Below, one piece after another: positions 1-13,180 of a stretch of 64,000 nucleotides of DNA. The stretch lies in the NCBI GenBank assembly GCA_964270895.1, contig OZ185440.1; one strand, given 5' to 3'. The DNA comes from Podarcis filfolensis (Eukaryota). Both the position numbers and the translations under genes were made by a program. The notes beneath the pieces were generated by a model that was not told the origin of the DNA, made no database searches, and saw only the letters and a list, made by a program, of their open reading frames with translations. Numbering within the stretch: the first letter of the stretch is position 1; every line of letters starts with the position of its first letter.

Positions 1-516
1 AAGCCATAAAAATACCTCTTTGTCAGAACAGGGCAAAACTGTTAGAAGTGTCAGGAGTTTCACATACAGAAAGGTAGCCGTGTTGGTCTGCCATAGTCAA
101 AACAAAAAAATTTTTTTTCTTTCCAGTAGCACCTTAAAGACCAACTAAGTTAGTTCTTGGTATGAGCTTTCGTGTGCATGCACACTTCGTCAGATACAGT
201 AAAGAAAGGAGCCATATTAGGAAAAAATACTTCTGGGGTTTCTAATGAAAACACAGCGTCATTAATGTTCTTTACAAGAACTCTATAGTTCTGTGATTTT
301 AATACCAGCAGTCTCCTCCTATAGAGCTTATGGCACAGCTTCATAACTTACTTTAAAATATTGTAGATCTTTAGAGTATGTAGAACACAACTCTGTAGAG
401 TTGAATGCCAAGCACTGCTCTGAATTTGACCATAGTGCAGAGTACGGATGAGGAACCTGTGAACCTCCAGTTGTTGTGGTTTGATTACCCCATCACCCCA
501 GGCTGCGTAGTCAAAC

Positions 517-710
517 AATCATAGAATTGTAGAGTTGGAAGGGACCCCAAGGTTCATCTAGTCCAACCTTCTGCAATGTAGGAATCTCTGCTAAGGCATC
601 AATGACAGATAACATCTGCTTAAAAACCTCCAAGGAAGGAGAGTCCACAAGCTCCCTAGGGAGACCGTTCCACTGTCTGTCTAGTCAAAATCTCCTTTCT
701 TGTAACTTGA
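517..710 (-). mobile_element. CR1-type LINE 3' end fragment (5' truncated)
   Basis: atcatagaattgtagagttggaagggacccc is the reverse complement of the CR1 ATTCTATG-type tail, followed by typical CR1 3' sequence (ctgcttaaaaacctccaaggaaggagagtccac). Recognised from memory of squamate CR1. Confidence 0.7.
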
Positions 711-1067
711 GTAGTCAGTGGTCAGGAGTGACAAGAGTTGGAACCCAGCATGCTTTGGAGAGTCAAATGTTCCTCATCCCTGCTGTTGAGGGTGGCCTTT
801 GCACATCTTCTGCCTCAGTTACCCATCTGCAAAAGGGCAGCTTCACTTCTCCTTTTGTGTGCTATACAATTGTGAAAAGGAAGATGAGCAAGATGCAATT
901 AGTGAAGGACCTTGTTAGGTACACCTGCAGTGACTGTTGAACACAACCTGCCTCCTTGCAGCTCTTTCACACCTGTGTGCTGGTAATTCCACCTGTGACC
1001 CATTGTGTCTTGCATTGTCTCCCACATCCCAGGCTTGAACCAAGACAGATCTGCCAGCAGTTCCACC

Positions 1068-1271
1068 ATGTCGGATAGTGACTTTGGGGAGGATGATGGG
1101 AGCGTATCTCAGGATCCGTTGCAGCCCGGCAAGAGAAAACGAAGGGGCAACCTTCCTAAGGAGTCTGTGAAGATTCTCCGGGAGTGGCTCTACGAGCACA
1201 GGTTCAATGCATATCCGTCTGAGCAAGAGAAACTCAGCCTTTCTGGGCAAACAAGCCTCTCTGTTCTTCAG
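1068..1271 (+). CDS. TGIF2: TGIF2 (TGFB-induced factor homeobox 2) first coding exon, N-terminal half of the TALE homeodomain
   Basis: [10 protein letters not shown]...[48 protein letters not shown] closely matches mammalian TGIF2. Acceptor cccacatcccag| at 1032, Kozak-like ccaccATG at 1068, donor CAG|gtatga at 1272 (phase 0). Confidence 0.97.
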
Positions 1272-4200
1272 GTATGAACTTCTGTATAATCCTTTCCTAG
1301 CAGGTTGTCCAGTTATGATTTCTTGGATACACAGGGTTGCCAGGTGCAAAAGAGGAGAAGGCTTTGGTACCTTTAATAGCACTGCAGAGGAAGGGATTTT
1401 GGCAGGTGTAGGTTGAAAGCTGAAATTCCTTCTGCTCCATTGCTGTTAAAGGGTACTGGAGCCTTCACCTCTTGTGCCTATGTATAAGAAGTTGCAGATT
1501 TTTTTTTAAATTTAAAAAGCCTGTTAGCAAAAATAAATCCAAAAAGTAAAAACAAACCAGCTTTTATTAGGCTCAACTAAAATGTCAAGGTAATTAGCAA
1601 GCTTTCCTGTTCCTCGGAGCTCTTCTTCAAGCTGATTAAATCTCTTCACCCCCCAACACAAAAGGAAGGAGAAGCTGGGCATGATGGGAAGAAGTCTCAG
1701 GGTCTTAATCTTGTGTTGGCCTCCGCCCTCCAACCACTAGGTAATACTATCCAATTCGGCCTCTCTTGACTCTTCCCCCCCCCCCCCGCCAGTGCACAAA
1801 AATTAACCTCCAGCATTGTTAATGTAAGGACTATCTTGTTTTTCTTTACTTCTGTTCTCTGCCTTCCAAGGGACATGCACATTCTGCTTAGTGATGGGAG
1901 CAGATGCAGGTAATTGCTACTTTTCATACCTTTAAAGGGGTGGGGGACCATGATCATTCTGTGTGTCCCTGTAGCTGCATCTTGGAATCTGTTTTATTCC
2001 CTGCATGTTAACTAAATAAGTCTGAAGAATGCCTCATGTACTTCATCTTAAGGTTGTTGGATAATGCAGATTTTGAAGAGTTTCCACCATTCATCTGCCC
2101 TCTTCCTCCCTCTTTGTCTAATATCCACCCTGAAGAAGAATTCTCAGGAGTTCGAAAGCTTTGGCATTTTAGTTTTTCCTAATAAGGTTATCAGTTGCAT
2201 TGTGTAGCTAATGTTCAGCTCCACCTTTTGCTCTGAATTTGAGTTAGATGTTCTTAATGATGTTCTTAATAAATGTAACAGGAATCGTAACTTCTCACCC
2301 CCTTTTACAAAGAAACAAGTTGGGTGTCCCTTTTCACCTGTGTTAAAGATCAGTAATCTTAAACCTGCTTTCACAAGTTAGCTGAATTTAATTAGTACAT
2401 AAACAGATACACTAAATGATTTTGCACCAAGGAAGTCTGGAGGACTGGGCAAATCTGCAATATGTTATGAATTTAAGAATGCCTTATGGGCCAAGATCTA
2501 TAGCCATTTCTTTCTATTGGGTTGATTTTGTTTGGTGTGCAATCTGAAGCACATTTTATAAATATATGTGCACGTGAATCCACTGAAATAAGTAGTGCTT
2601 AACTTGCAAGTAGAATTGGGGTGTCAAAATACTCTAGGCTGATTTGCAATCCTATTCTATTGTAGTAATGTCACTACTTGAATTAATTCCAGTCTTTTGC
2701 ATGTATTGGGTAGAATCAGAGTTGGGAGAATGTATTGTAGGCCATCTGGTAACCTAAACTGTTAGACCTAGTCCTGCCCTCTGGGGCAGTGGAGAACAAA
2801 TCTGCCCTTTTCTATGGGCTGGTCTCTCCAGGTAGCTTATTAAAAGTGGCAACCATGTATAGCTGAGTGTGAATTTTAACATACCAAGAAAGATCTCCTT
2901 AACAGCACAAAATTAAGTTACATTCTGCAACAGCAGATAATTTGTATGGGAAAGTGAGACAATAAACTATTTAGTGATTGTCAATCTGGAATAAATTATT
3001 ACTGGGGGTATTAGGGTGTGCATGACTCTTAAAAATGATGGCTAATCTTTTTGGAGGGCCTATAAATGCCCCTTATGTGGACTCTTAAGATGAGTTTCTA
3101 GTCTGGCTTGCTGTAAACCATCATTTAAAATAAACGATGGTTTAAAATGAACATGTGTGTTTCTCCTAGGGGAATAAAGACTACAAACCAGAGATTGGTT
3201 TGTTGTTACATGCAAGGTAGCACTTGTGGCTTGTTTGTCTCCTCACAAACTACTGTGGTAAGTCAACAACCCACCTTGGCTTACCACTGTGGCTTGTTAG
3301 GACACAAAAGAAATGCAAGTGGTGGCTCTCATGTAACAGTTTATTTCCTCTCTGGCATGTTGAAGAAAAGTGTGAAGCATTGTCTTGTGAGCATTGTGCA
3401 CCAGGACATTGCTCACTCACGTAAATCCATAGTTTATTTCATGCTAAACTATGGTTTACCACGGCATGTTAATGGGGCCTATATGGTTCGAGTCAGGATT
3501 CCAGAAGACCTCCATTCTTGGATGGTCCATCCTTGGTCTTCTACTGGATTAGTAGGGCAGAAGGCACTGAGGGTTGAAGAATAGGGCTGCAATTTGTCTG
3601 TATTGATGGAATCAAAGCATTTTAAATCTATCCATTTTGTGCTTGCCTTATAAATGTACAAATTTTCTAAGGACCCCAGTGTACTGCAACACTGCCCAGG
3701 GAATCTGTTTATGACCAGCAGATCCTTGCAAGGTCTCAAGGAATGTTGGGCAGCTAGGCCTTTGGGAACCTATATTAATACTGTTGTTATTACTGTTGTT
3801 TATCTACTGCTTTCATTTCAAAAATAAATACCAAGGTGGTTCACAAACAAAAACCAGCAGCAAAATAGCAAAAACAAAAAAGCCAATGATAAAAATAAAG
3901 CTATTTGGTAATTAAAATACATAGTAGTAGCTAAACATGTATTAGAAATTAGAGGTTTAAGCGAAGCCGGTATAATCCTCAGCTACTTCCCTAGGGTGAA
4001 GTACTATTAATAGAAGGGTAAGATTTCTCCATTAAGTGTCTGGGCTTTGCTTTTCACTTCCTCATCCTTCAACTCCACTTTAAGGCATTTCTTGGCAAGT
4101 GTGTGTGCCTTGAGGGGGAGTGAAAAGCAGGATATGAGCCTAAATGAACAGTTGACTTGGTTTTAGGAACAAAATACCCAACTGCCCCAAAGGTGTTCCC

Positions 4201-5214
4201 GTCTCTTTCCTCCTCACAAATGCTTTTTGTCTGTGGTTGTACTGGGGGAGGGGGAAGGAAGCATAATTTAGAAATTAAGAGAGAAAACACTAAACAAATC
4301 TAACCCAGTCCTTAACAGTTTTAGCTGAACTGTGCCCTGTGCCACCCACTCAACACCTGATGTGAATTTAGCCATTTACTATTTGCATGGAATCAAGTAC
4401 AGCTGAGGGGTTCCTTTCTGTGTGTATTTGGTTGTTGCCTCAACTTTTGGCAAGGTGTGCTTGCCCTTGAATGCTTGTGAAACACACCTAGCTTCCCTAT
4501 CTGTCAAGTCCTTTCCAAGGATTTGAAGGAGAGGCCAGGGTTTTCGGAAATAACTAAATAAATATAAGATATTCTGCTGGGTCAGTCTAGTGTCAGGAGG
4601 GTAACGAGACTTCTGCTTCACCTGGCAAGAAATGCAGGAGCTAGGAAAGGAATAGAGGTGTGGCTGAGGCCAAGAGTGGGGTTTCCCCTGCCCTGATTCA
4701 TCCTTGGCTACAGAGTTTGTTTTTGGAAAACTGCATCTATCTTCAAAGAGCAAGCGTCAGATTTCTACCTGTACCCTGCAGAGACTTTTAGAAACACAGA
4801 TGTTTCTATGCCAATGTCAGGTGCTTGTCACCAGGTGCCTGGATAATTTTTATTTTCTGGGTCTGCTTTGGGAGCAAGGGTCTTGCCCTAATATTGAAAA
4901 CCATTGGCCTGTTCCATGGTGTGAAACCAGGGCTTCCTGTGCTTGACAAGTACCTTAAAAACAATGGGTGGAATTCAGTGTTGCATTTGTGGAACAGTTA
5001 TGTCTGATCTCCCCTCCCCATACACTGTTCTGGGGGTTCTGCTGACTCCCCTCTGAGCCAGCTTTAGGGGGGCACTGGGGATGGAGAGGGGGAAAGCCCT
5101 TGCATAGGACTTCTGTTGACAGGGTTCAGTGTTAAGCTAGTTTAGGACTCAGAATTGTTTATAGAAAGAGCTTCTCATGCAACCTGGTTTAATATACCAT
5201 AGGAATTCTTGGGT

Positions 5215-5215
<1 letters not shown>

Positions 5216-5261
<46 letters not shown>
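5216..5261. repeat. (GT)23 microsatellite in the TGIF2 intron
   Basis: Perfect GT run seen directly. Confidence 0.95.
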
Positions 5262-5262
<1 letters not shown>

Positions 5263-6779
5263 GGTGGGGGAATCAATTTAAAATATTGTTAGATGGCTTC
5301 CCCCGCCATATATGAGGGCAGTAGGCTAGCTTAGATGGTGCAGGGCAAGGCCTGTGTGGCACATGCAGCTCTGTTTTCCAACATATCACCCCCCACTACC
5401 TTTCCCTCAACATCTGCCACCTGAGGCAGCCACCTTACTATGTCCAATGGTAGGACCGGCCCTGTCAGGCTTCTTAGGAGTTCCGTGAGAAACACCTCCA
5501 GGGCATGCATATTGAAAACTGGGGAATTAGATCTTGGTTGCTTCATGTAAAAGGAAGCTTCTTAAAAAGTAGTGTTCTGAAGTAAAAACCAGTTTCTTTC
5601 AGGTGAGAAAATCTATCTTGTATTTTTAAAAAGACATTAGACCTTCCTTACTGTAACACTGTTCTATCAGTGCATACCACATTCCAGTGGATTGGGTTTA
5701 ATTTGGTTAAACGTTCAAATTGTGATTGCATGAAGTAAGAGATTAAACTGTGCACGTTGTACAAAGTGAAATGGCCGAAATGTTAGCTGTATGCACTTTA
5801 CATCCTGAAAGCTTAGCGATGCTCAAATACATGTTTGGTTGGTTGTTTCTAACAGGTAGGTATAGTAGTGAACGACCTTATGGTTCAGCAAAGAAACCAA
5901 AACAAAATTCAGACTGCTAGGGCAATGCCACGTTAGTTCCCTTCACTTGAAGGGGGTATGTTGTGATTAGGGGGTATGTTGTGATTGTGGGGAAGAAGGG
6001 CCTCTCATATGTAGGCTACTTCCCGGTAAACAACCTTGCTGGGGCCTGGAAATCTGTAGGTGGGGCCAGGAGCAAGTAAACGGTGAAGTGGGCTGTTATG
6101 CAGTGGCCTTTATCCGTTCTGTTGTGTTTTGCAAAATCTTTCTTTATGTGGTTTGCCTCCCCACAAATTGCATTTGTTTACAATTTAAATACAAAAATGA
6201 GAGGAAGAAGAAGGATGAAAGGGGGGCTGTTGGTGGTTTCTTTAAGAGCCTCTGGCATGAGTTCCGGCCTTTTGGGTTTCTCTTTTGCTTTCCCCGCTCA
6301 GGACAGAGGTCCTAAGTCACTGGGAAGACAGGGGAGAGACTGTCCCAGCTGGACTCTCTTAAAGGAGCTCATAACAGCTCAAAGTCTTCCTGTTTCTAAG
6401 GAAATACCTCCAGGTGTCATGATTTAAATGAATCTTACAGGAAGCCCACTATCAGGGCTATAGCCCTGACCTGTGGCTTTCCCCTCTCACCCTTCTAGCT
6501 TGGAGCAGGTGGCCTTAACCCCAGTTGCGTACATGTTGTGGCCTTTGGTACTGGCAACAGAGAACAAAACCAGTCCTCAGGTTTGTTGCCATTCACACAA
6601 ATGCTGCTTAAGCTCTCAAAAATGAGGTGAGCATACCACCTTTTCTCATTGTCCTTGCTTGTTACTGGAATTGCAGTCTTAACCAGCTGCTCAGCCTATC
6701 TAGAATGCACACTTGATTTCTGAATCTGAAAATTCTCCAGCTACAACACTTACATTTGCTAAACAAGCAAGTGTAACGT

Positions 6780-6900
6780 CAGCAAAACTAGCTGAGCGGT
6801 GCTGCATGGATCCAGACAGCCCAAATAGAAATCTAATACAATAGTTAGATAGATTTCTGTTTGGGCTGTCTGGATCCGTGGAGCTCAGCTAGTTTTGCTG
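6780..6900. repeat. About 120-bp imperfect inverted repeat (hairpin) in the TGIF2 intron
   Basis: 6780-6797 is the exact reverse complement of 6883-6900; 6808-6835 pairs with 6850-6877 with one T/G mismatch; 14-nt loop. Confidence 0.9.
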
Positions 6901-8109
6901 GTGGACCCCACTGACAAGATTGCATGGGGCTAAGCCTCCCAAACTAGCTTGTTGCCAAGCAATATCACTTTGGGTTTGGGAGGTCTGCATGGTGCCACCC
7001 AGATTTGTTCTGGGGGTGACCAGTTGCTTGTGTCATTAGAGCTGGCATAGTTAATTGTGTGTGTCGGAGGGGGGGGGAATAAACAAGCATGGCTTTGGAT
7101 GCAATAGAAGGACATGTAAACCTAAGGAGTGTTGTTGTGGTTGATCCAAAATATTCAGATTGTTTGATCGATGCTGCTTAGCCTTGTGAAAAGGACAAAA
7201 GTGCTTTTTAGAACTGACTATTTGTGATCAGTGCATTTTGGCCTCTCTTTCTCTGTAGCAGAGAACTGTCCCCACATAACTGGGGTCACTTGGGTGCCTG
7301 ACTCACTGAACAGCTAGTAGCATTCCTTGCAAAGTTCTGAGCTTCCTTTGATAGTTCCCATCTCTCTCTCTACTGACCAAGCTTGGTGCTCTTAGCTGGG
7401 ATCTGACTGCACAAGAATGCTTAGTCTGTTCTGCTTGGCTTGCTGTAAGCACAAATATTCCGATAACAAGTTGCAGCTCTTGCTTGTATGCAGAGAAGGA
7501 GTTGGCTTGCTGAAGACCATCTAGATATTCAAGGTCACCTTCTGTATTTCTAAAAGCAACATAAATTGCACCTTTTTCTGGTACAGTGTACTTGTGCACA
7601 GATGTAGCTGAACATAAAAGTGGCTGTGAGATTTCTGCATGCAAATGTTTACTGGGACTTAATGATTGGTTGCTTGTTTTATGCAGTTAGAATTCGTGTG
7701 CAGCAGTGCCTCAGTTTCTCTACATACGGGGCATAAAAGGCGTACAGCTCATTGAACTTGGAGTCTTCTAATCAGTAACTGGTAGGATCCCTTTTCTCCT
7801 TGCTTAAGGGGCTTTTAAATTTGTTCTTTTAGCAGTGAGACTATGGCAGGGTTGAGAGCTGGGTAATTTCCATGGTGTTAAGCAGCAAGAATAGTGTCAA
7901 GAATATCTCTTCTACCCATGATGGCTATGCTCTGCCTCTGTGGTCAGAGGCAATATGCTTCTGAATACCAGTTACTGAAAATCGCAGGAGGAGAGTGCGT
8001 TATTTGTGCTCAAGTCCTGCTTGCAGGTTTCCCAGGTTTGGCCACTGTGAGACCAGGATGTTGGATGAGATAGACGTTTAGACTGATCTAGCAGGTGCTT
8101 CTTCTGTTC

Positions 8110-8363
8110 GAGAGCCAGTGTGGTGTAGTGGTTAAGAGCGGTAGTCTCGTAATCTGGTGAACCGGGTTCGCTTCCCTGCTCCTCCACATGCAGCTGCTGG
8201 GTGACTTTGGGCTAGTCACACTTCTCTGAGGTCTCTCAGCCCCACTCACCTCACAGAGTGTTTGTTGTGGGGGAGGAAGGGAAAGGAGAATGTTAGCCGC
8301 TTTGAGACTCCTTAAAGGGAGTGAAAGGCGGGATATCAAATCCAAACTCTTCTTCTTCTTCTT
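8110..8363 (+). mobile_element. Full-length tRNA-derived SINE (Squam3-like)
   Basis: Pol III box A TGGTGTAGTGG at 8121-8131, box B-like GGTTCGCTTCC at 8165-8175, (CTT)n tail. The body matches my recollection of the lacertid Squam3 SINE; the family name needs a Dfam/Repbase check. Confidence 0.85.
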
Positions 8364-9114
8364 ACCTCTGAGGCATTGTACAACATTGGGGGGAGACCCT
8401 ACCTTTCTTCTGTCATGGAGAGTCTTCACACTTATTCAGGCATAGAAGAAGGGCAGAAGGCTCTCCTTGGTGGTTCTGTGCTCTTACCAGGGCAAGACGG
8501 GGGAAGTCCACATTGTGAATATGCCTGCAGATGTGTTCAACCTAGAAGTGTTTTAAATGTAAGCTGTGTTGAGCTGCCAGCTTCTGTTTTTAAGTCTTGT
8601 AAGCCATGTGCAAGGAAACCCCCAACTTCTTGCTCCACACGTATGGAAAAACTGTGTATACTTGTGAAAGGAGACCAGTTTGAGGCTTTGGAAACATGGT
8701 GATTGTTTTCTTGAGGCGGGTGGGGAGGGGATTAAAAACAGGGAAATTATTGAGTTTGTGTTAACACGTATCCCCAGGGAAAATATTTTACAGAGCTGCT
8801 GATTTGCAAAAGATACATCAGTCTACTTGATTTATTTTCCCATAATTGTTCTCTTTGAAGCACTCTTTCATTTTGGTTTGGCTTTCAAGAAGGAAAAATT
8901 GTTCTACACCCTCGTGTGTGACGTGAAACAAATTGCACAGGCAGCAGCTGTGCTTCCCAAGGTCTTGTAACCAGCTCCTCATGGAGTTGCGCTAAGATTC
9001 CTAGCGGGCTTCTTTGGCAAGGCATCCAGAACTTTTGCTAATTCGCCAAATGGAAACGTGATTGTCCCGTCCCTCTCTCTTCCGAAGAGTGCAGTTGCAC
9101 ATGTTCGTACTGTG

Positions 9115-9240
9115 CAATCCAAGCTGGTGCCCTCCAGCTGTTCTAGACTGCAACGCTAATCAGCATGGCCACGCTAGCTGGGGCTGATGGGACTTGTAGT
9201 CCAAAACAACTGGAGAGTACCAGGCTGGCAAAGGCTGCTC
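9115..9240. mobile_element. Degenerate short palindromic MITE-like repeat
   Basis: Arms ctggtgccctccagctgtt... and ...acaactggagagtaccag. The same family recurs at 15314, 46062, 55605 and 62040. Confidence 0.55.
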
Positions 9241-9581
9241 TAATATCTTAATTTGTTCCTTTACAACTGTAATCAAGCACTGTGCTATTGTGCAGTGTGG
9301 CTGCTTCATGAGCAGTTGCATAATGCTGTTGTAGGTAGAGGACAGAAGAAGGCTAATAATAATGATAGGCCTCGAGACCTGAGAGACTTAGTCTACAGAA
9401 TGGTCCAGAATTGCACAATACATTTCTGCTGGAGTGAAGCACTACCTAAGGGGGAAATAGGATGGATAAACATTGTTAGTCCTTTAAATGGTGAGTTCAT
9501 TGTTTGCTATAATTGAGCTTGGGTAGGTAAAGGACCCCTGGATGGTAAAGTCCAGTCGATAATGCCTTTAAATGAAATCTT

Positions 9582-10016
9582 TTGTTGTTGTTTAGTCGCT
9601 TAGTCATGTCCGACTCTTTGTGACCCCATGGACCAGAGCACGCCAGGCACTTCTGTCTTCCACTGCCTCCCGCAGTTTGGTCAAACTCATGCTGGTAGCT
9701 TCAAGAACACTGTCCAACCATCTCAACCTCTGTCGTCCCCTTCTCCTTGTGCCCTCCATCTTTCCCAACATCAGGGTCTTTTCCAGCCAGTCTTCTCTTG
9801 AGGTGGCCAAAGTATTGGAGCCTCAGCTTCACGATCTGTCCTTCCAGTGAGCACTCAGGGCTGATTTCCTTAAGAATGGAGAGGTTTGATCTTCTTGCAG
9901 TCCACGGGACTCTCAAGAGTCTCCTCCAGCACCATAATTCAACAGCATCAATTCTTCGGCGATCAGCCTTCTTTATGGTCCCGCTCTCACTTCCATACAT
10001 CACTGCTGGGAAAACC
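9582..10016 (-). mobile_element. Bov-B (RTE) LINE 3' fragment, 5' truncated, with 11-bp target-site duplication
   Basis: Minus-strand translation VFPAVMYGSES...ELWCWRRLLRVPWTARRSN...GQIVKLRLQYFGHL / LEKTLMLGKMEG...HGVTKSRT is the Bov-B ORF C-terminus with one small frameshift. (CAA)n tail; aatgaaatctt at both 9571-9581 and 10017-10027. Confidence 0.95.
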
Positions 10017-12759
10017 AATGAAATCTTAGCTATATTACAAGTATATTTTCCCCTTTTGTGATCCTCATAGAAAACTCATTCATATTAAAAGATGAGGTGC
10101 ACGCGGCAAGAACGGTGGAGAGAAAAAGGGAGAGAAGGAAAAGAGGTTGGGCAGTTCTAGAAGGAGTACAGTGGGTGAATTGTAAACAGGAATTTAATAT
10201 CCAGTTTACTTTCTTGAAACATTTCTACACACTTTCCCACATCAGTCTTGAGGAGGCACACAGCAACTTTAAAATAAAGGGATGAAAGCAGCTGGTAACC
10301 CAGTGCAGATTTTTAAAAAAGTGTAAGAACCTGCTGGGGCCAGACTGATCTCCACTTCCCAGTGGTCTTCCTTGGGAAAGAGGTGTAGCAACTGACCCAA
10401 CAGCCAGGGATGGGGAACATTTTTCAGTCGGAGGCCACGTTCTCTCTCTGGCTGCAGGCCAATGGAAGGGGCCAGTGTGCGTTCCTGTCTTGTATTTATT
10501 TATTGTGTGCATCTTACTGCACCCAGGTACTAAGAAGTCATGGCAGGTATGAAGACAGTAGAGATGTTGTCCTGCATTTAGGCAAGCTCTTCTAGTGTGC
10601 CCTTCTTGGTGGTCATGTTGTTGTTGCTATTATTATTGTAAGTCCTCTAGTCTCTGCAAAATATTTCCATGTCTCAAATTATGAATATTTATGACTCGAC
10701 CAACCAGCTTGGAAACTTCAGTTTCCATTTCATGGAGAGTTGGTGTTCTGCCCAGTAAGTACCAGCCTTCGCTTCTGGAAAGTTTTGGACTTGCTTTAAA
10801 ATTAAGTGAACTTGCTCGGATACCTTGCAATGTGTCTTAGCAGAGGCCCAACCAGATGCCCAATAATTTTCTGGTTTTCCTTGCCCCCTTGTGTTTAGCC
10901 AGATGCAGTTTAGCCAGATGCAGTTCTGTAGTATGAAAGGAATGTAGACTGCACCGCTGAGAAGTTTTTGAAATAAATTGCCAATTAATTTGCGAACTGT
11001 TTGATCACAGCCGATTGGTATGCACATTTGTTCATGAATCTGTGAAATGGGGAAATTTCATTTAAATCAGCAGGTTGTTCTTTCTATGCCAACCTAGGCA
11101 ACTTGTTGTCTTCTGTGTTTAAGTTTCACAGAAAACAGGTGCACTTATTTTAGTGGGGGATCACTTACTCTGTTTCCTGGGGATTATCTTTTGCTGGATT
11201 CTTGTTTTTAGAAGAGTTTTCCACTCTTGATTACCATGTGCACGTGCATGTATGTGATTGGTTTTCACTAGTTGTACGCCTAATCAAACTATACATTTTT
11301 TTGGAAAAAGGATGGGGGGGGGGCAGGAAACAGCCATTGCTGTTTCTTTGCAGCCCCTGGCATCGGTTTTGCCCCATGCAAGCTCTGATGTAATGACGAA
11401 GGGAGCCAATCCCAAGCTCCTGTGAAACGTGGCTGAGGGATTGGCCTTTGGGTCCAGCAGAGTGGGAGCTTCACCCCCAAAGGCCTCTTAGCTGCAGTGG
11501 CAAGCTCTGCCACCAGCGTGCCTCTGCAGATGGTGATCTGTCAGTAGGGGCAAAAATGGGTGTGTTGGGGGAGCTTTCGGATCCTCAGGACCCGACAACT
11601 TCCCACTCCCTTGACAAGGGAGAGCCCTGGAGCTGGCATAGTTCTCCACCCCCATTGCCTTTGAAACCAATGCATTGGATATTTTCTGTCTTGGCTAGCA
11701 TGGGCTTGACTTGGGTTTAGGAAGAGGCAGTTCCTTCTCCCTCAACCGCGCCCCTCCCCAACCTCTGTCAGGTTGCTCTGCCCATCTCCATGAGATTTTT
11801 TGTGCCGGATCTTAGACTTGTTACAAAGTGTAGACCAGACTTTCTCAGCCTTGTGCTTTCCAGATGGCTTGGATTACAGCTCTCATCACCCCACAGCTGG
11901 AGGACACTAGGTTGGGAAAGGCTGCTGTGGGCTCTGTCTTCATATCCAGTCCCTTCTCTTCCTTCCTCTCGGTTTCACTGAACCAGGGCTGGTTGCTCTT
12001 TCGGTTTTTACCTTTGTCATCCAGTTCGGAGAAGAGTTCTGGGAAACTGGAAAGTTTGCCTATCAGTTTAAGTATTGTCCCATTAATACTTTTTTGGTCT
12101 TAAACCTCAACTCCTCATACTTCTGAGCATAAGGGACAGGAAATGCTCTGGTACAAATAATTCAGTAGATCAGTCTTTGGGTACTGTATTCATGAGAATA
12201 AAAATGGTTGCTGGATTATAACTGACCGGAACTGGAGTGGAACTTGAGAGAGGTGCACATTTCTCTATATTGGCTTATTTTTAATTTTTAAGCCCTAGAT
12301 TGCCCTGTATAAAGGAAACATCCTGCATACTTTCTATTCACTCCTGGACAGATCTGGCAGGAGAAAAGGCATGTCAGGAATCTTGGAATAAATGGTCTGT
12401 GCTTTATCCTACACTGGCTGGGCAGAGCACCTAGTTTGCATGGAGAAGTCTCAGGTTCAGTCTCAGGGGGTTTTGTGAGAATAAAAGGAGAAAGGAAAGA
12501 GCCACAAATGCTTTTTTTAAAAAAAATAATTTTCATTATCACCATTTCCAGAATCACATTCAGATATACATTTCCACCGATTTCCCTTCTTCCCTTCCCT
12601 GATTGCTTTAATTTCCCCACCATTCCTGCATATTCTTATATATCCATTTAGATGACTCCCCCCCCCCCACTATTCTTCCTTTATTATATATTCCCAGTAC
12701 TCTTTTAACTATTTTGCATGCCCTTGGAGAAATGGCTGTATAGGAACAGAAGAGGAGTC

Positions 12760-12975
12760 TTGTTCTTCTTGCCAGCAGCCCATCTAGTCCACAGCGGCCA
12801 ACCAGCTGCTTCTGGGAAGCCAGCAAGCAAAACCAACAGCATTTGCCCTAGTTGTGATTCCTAGCACTTGGCATATTGCTTCCAACAGTGGAAGCAGAAC
12901 ATTGCTGTTCCGGCTGGTAGTCACGGACAACCTTATCAGTCATGAAAAAAATACAATTGGCTATTGAAGCCTCTG
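12760..12975 (-). mobile_element. Old CR1 3'-region fragment
   Basis: cagcggccaaccagctgcttctgggaagccagcaagc... resembles the reverse complement of a squamate CR1 3' UTR; degenerate. Confidence 0.5.
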
Positions 12976-13180
12976 CATTTCTCTCTCTTGCTCACTCACC
13001 TCTACTTAGAAAAATGTGCCCCTCAACTTCCAGTGTAGCAAATGCTTTCCTTTTGCACCTTCTCTGTTGTTTCCCACGTTACAGGTGGGCAGAGTCTTAA
13101 GTCTAGCACCATAGCTGCTGCGCGCCCCCCAAGTCCTTGTTCCCTGGCATCTAACCGAGCCCTGTGCATTTCTCCCTTAG

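Noticed and set aside
5951-5986. Perfect 18-bp tandem duplication (similar 15-bp one at 10894-10923 and 12-bp one near 2250)
   Set aside because: Isolated two-copy slippage duplications; not arrays, no spacers, nothing CRISPR-like.
8110-8180. tRNA-like box A/box B sequence
   Set aside because: It is the head of a SINE, not a tRNA gene; no full cloverleaf.
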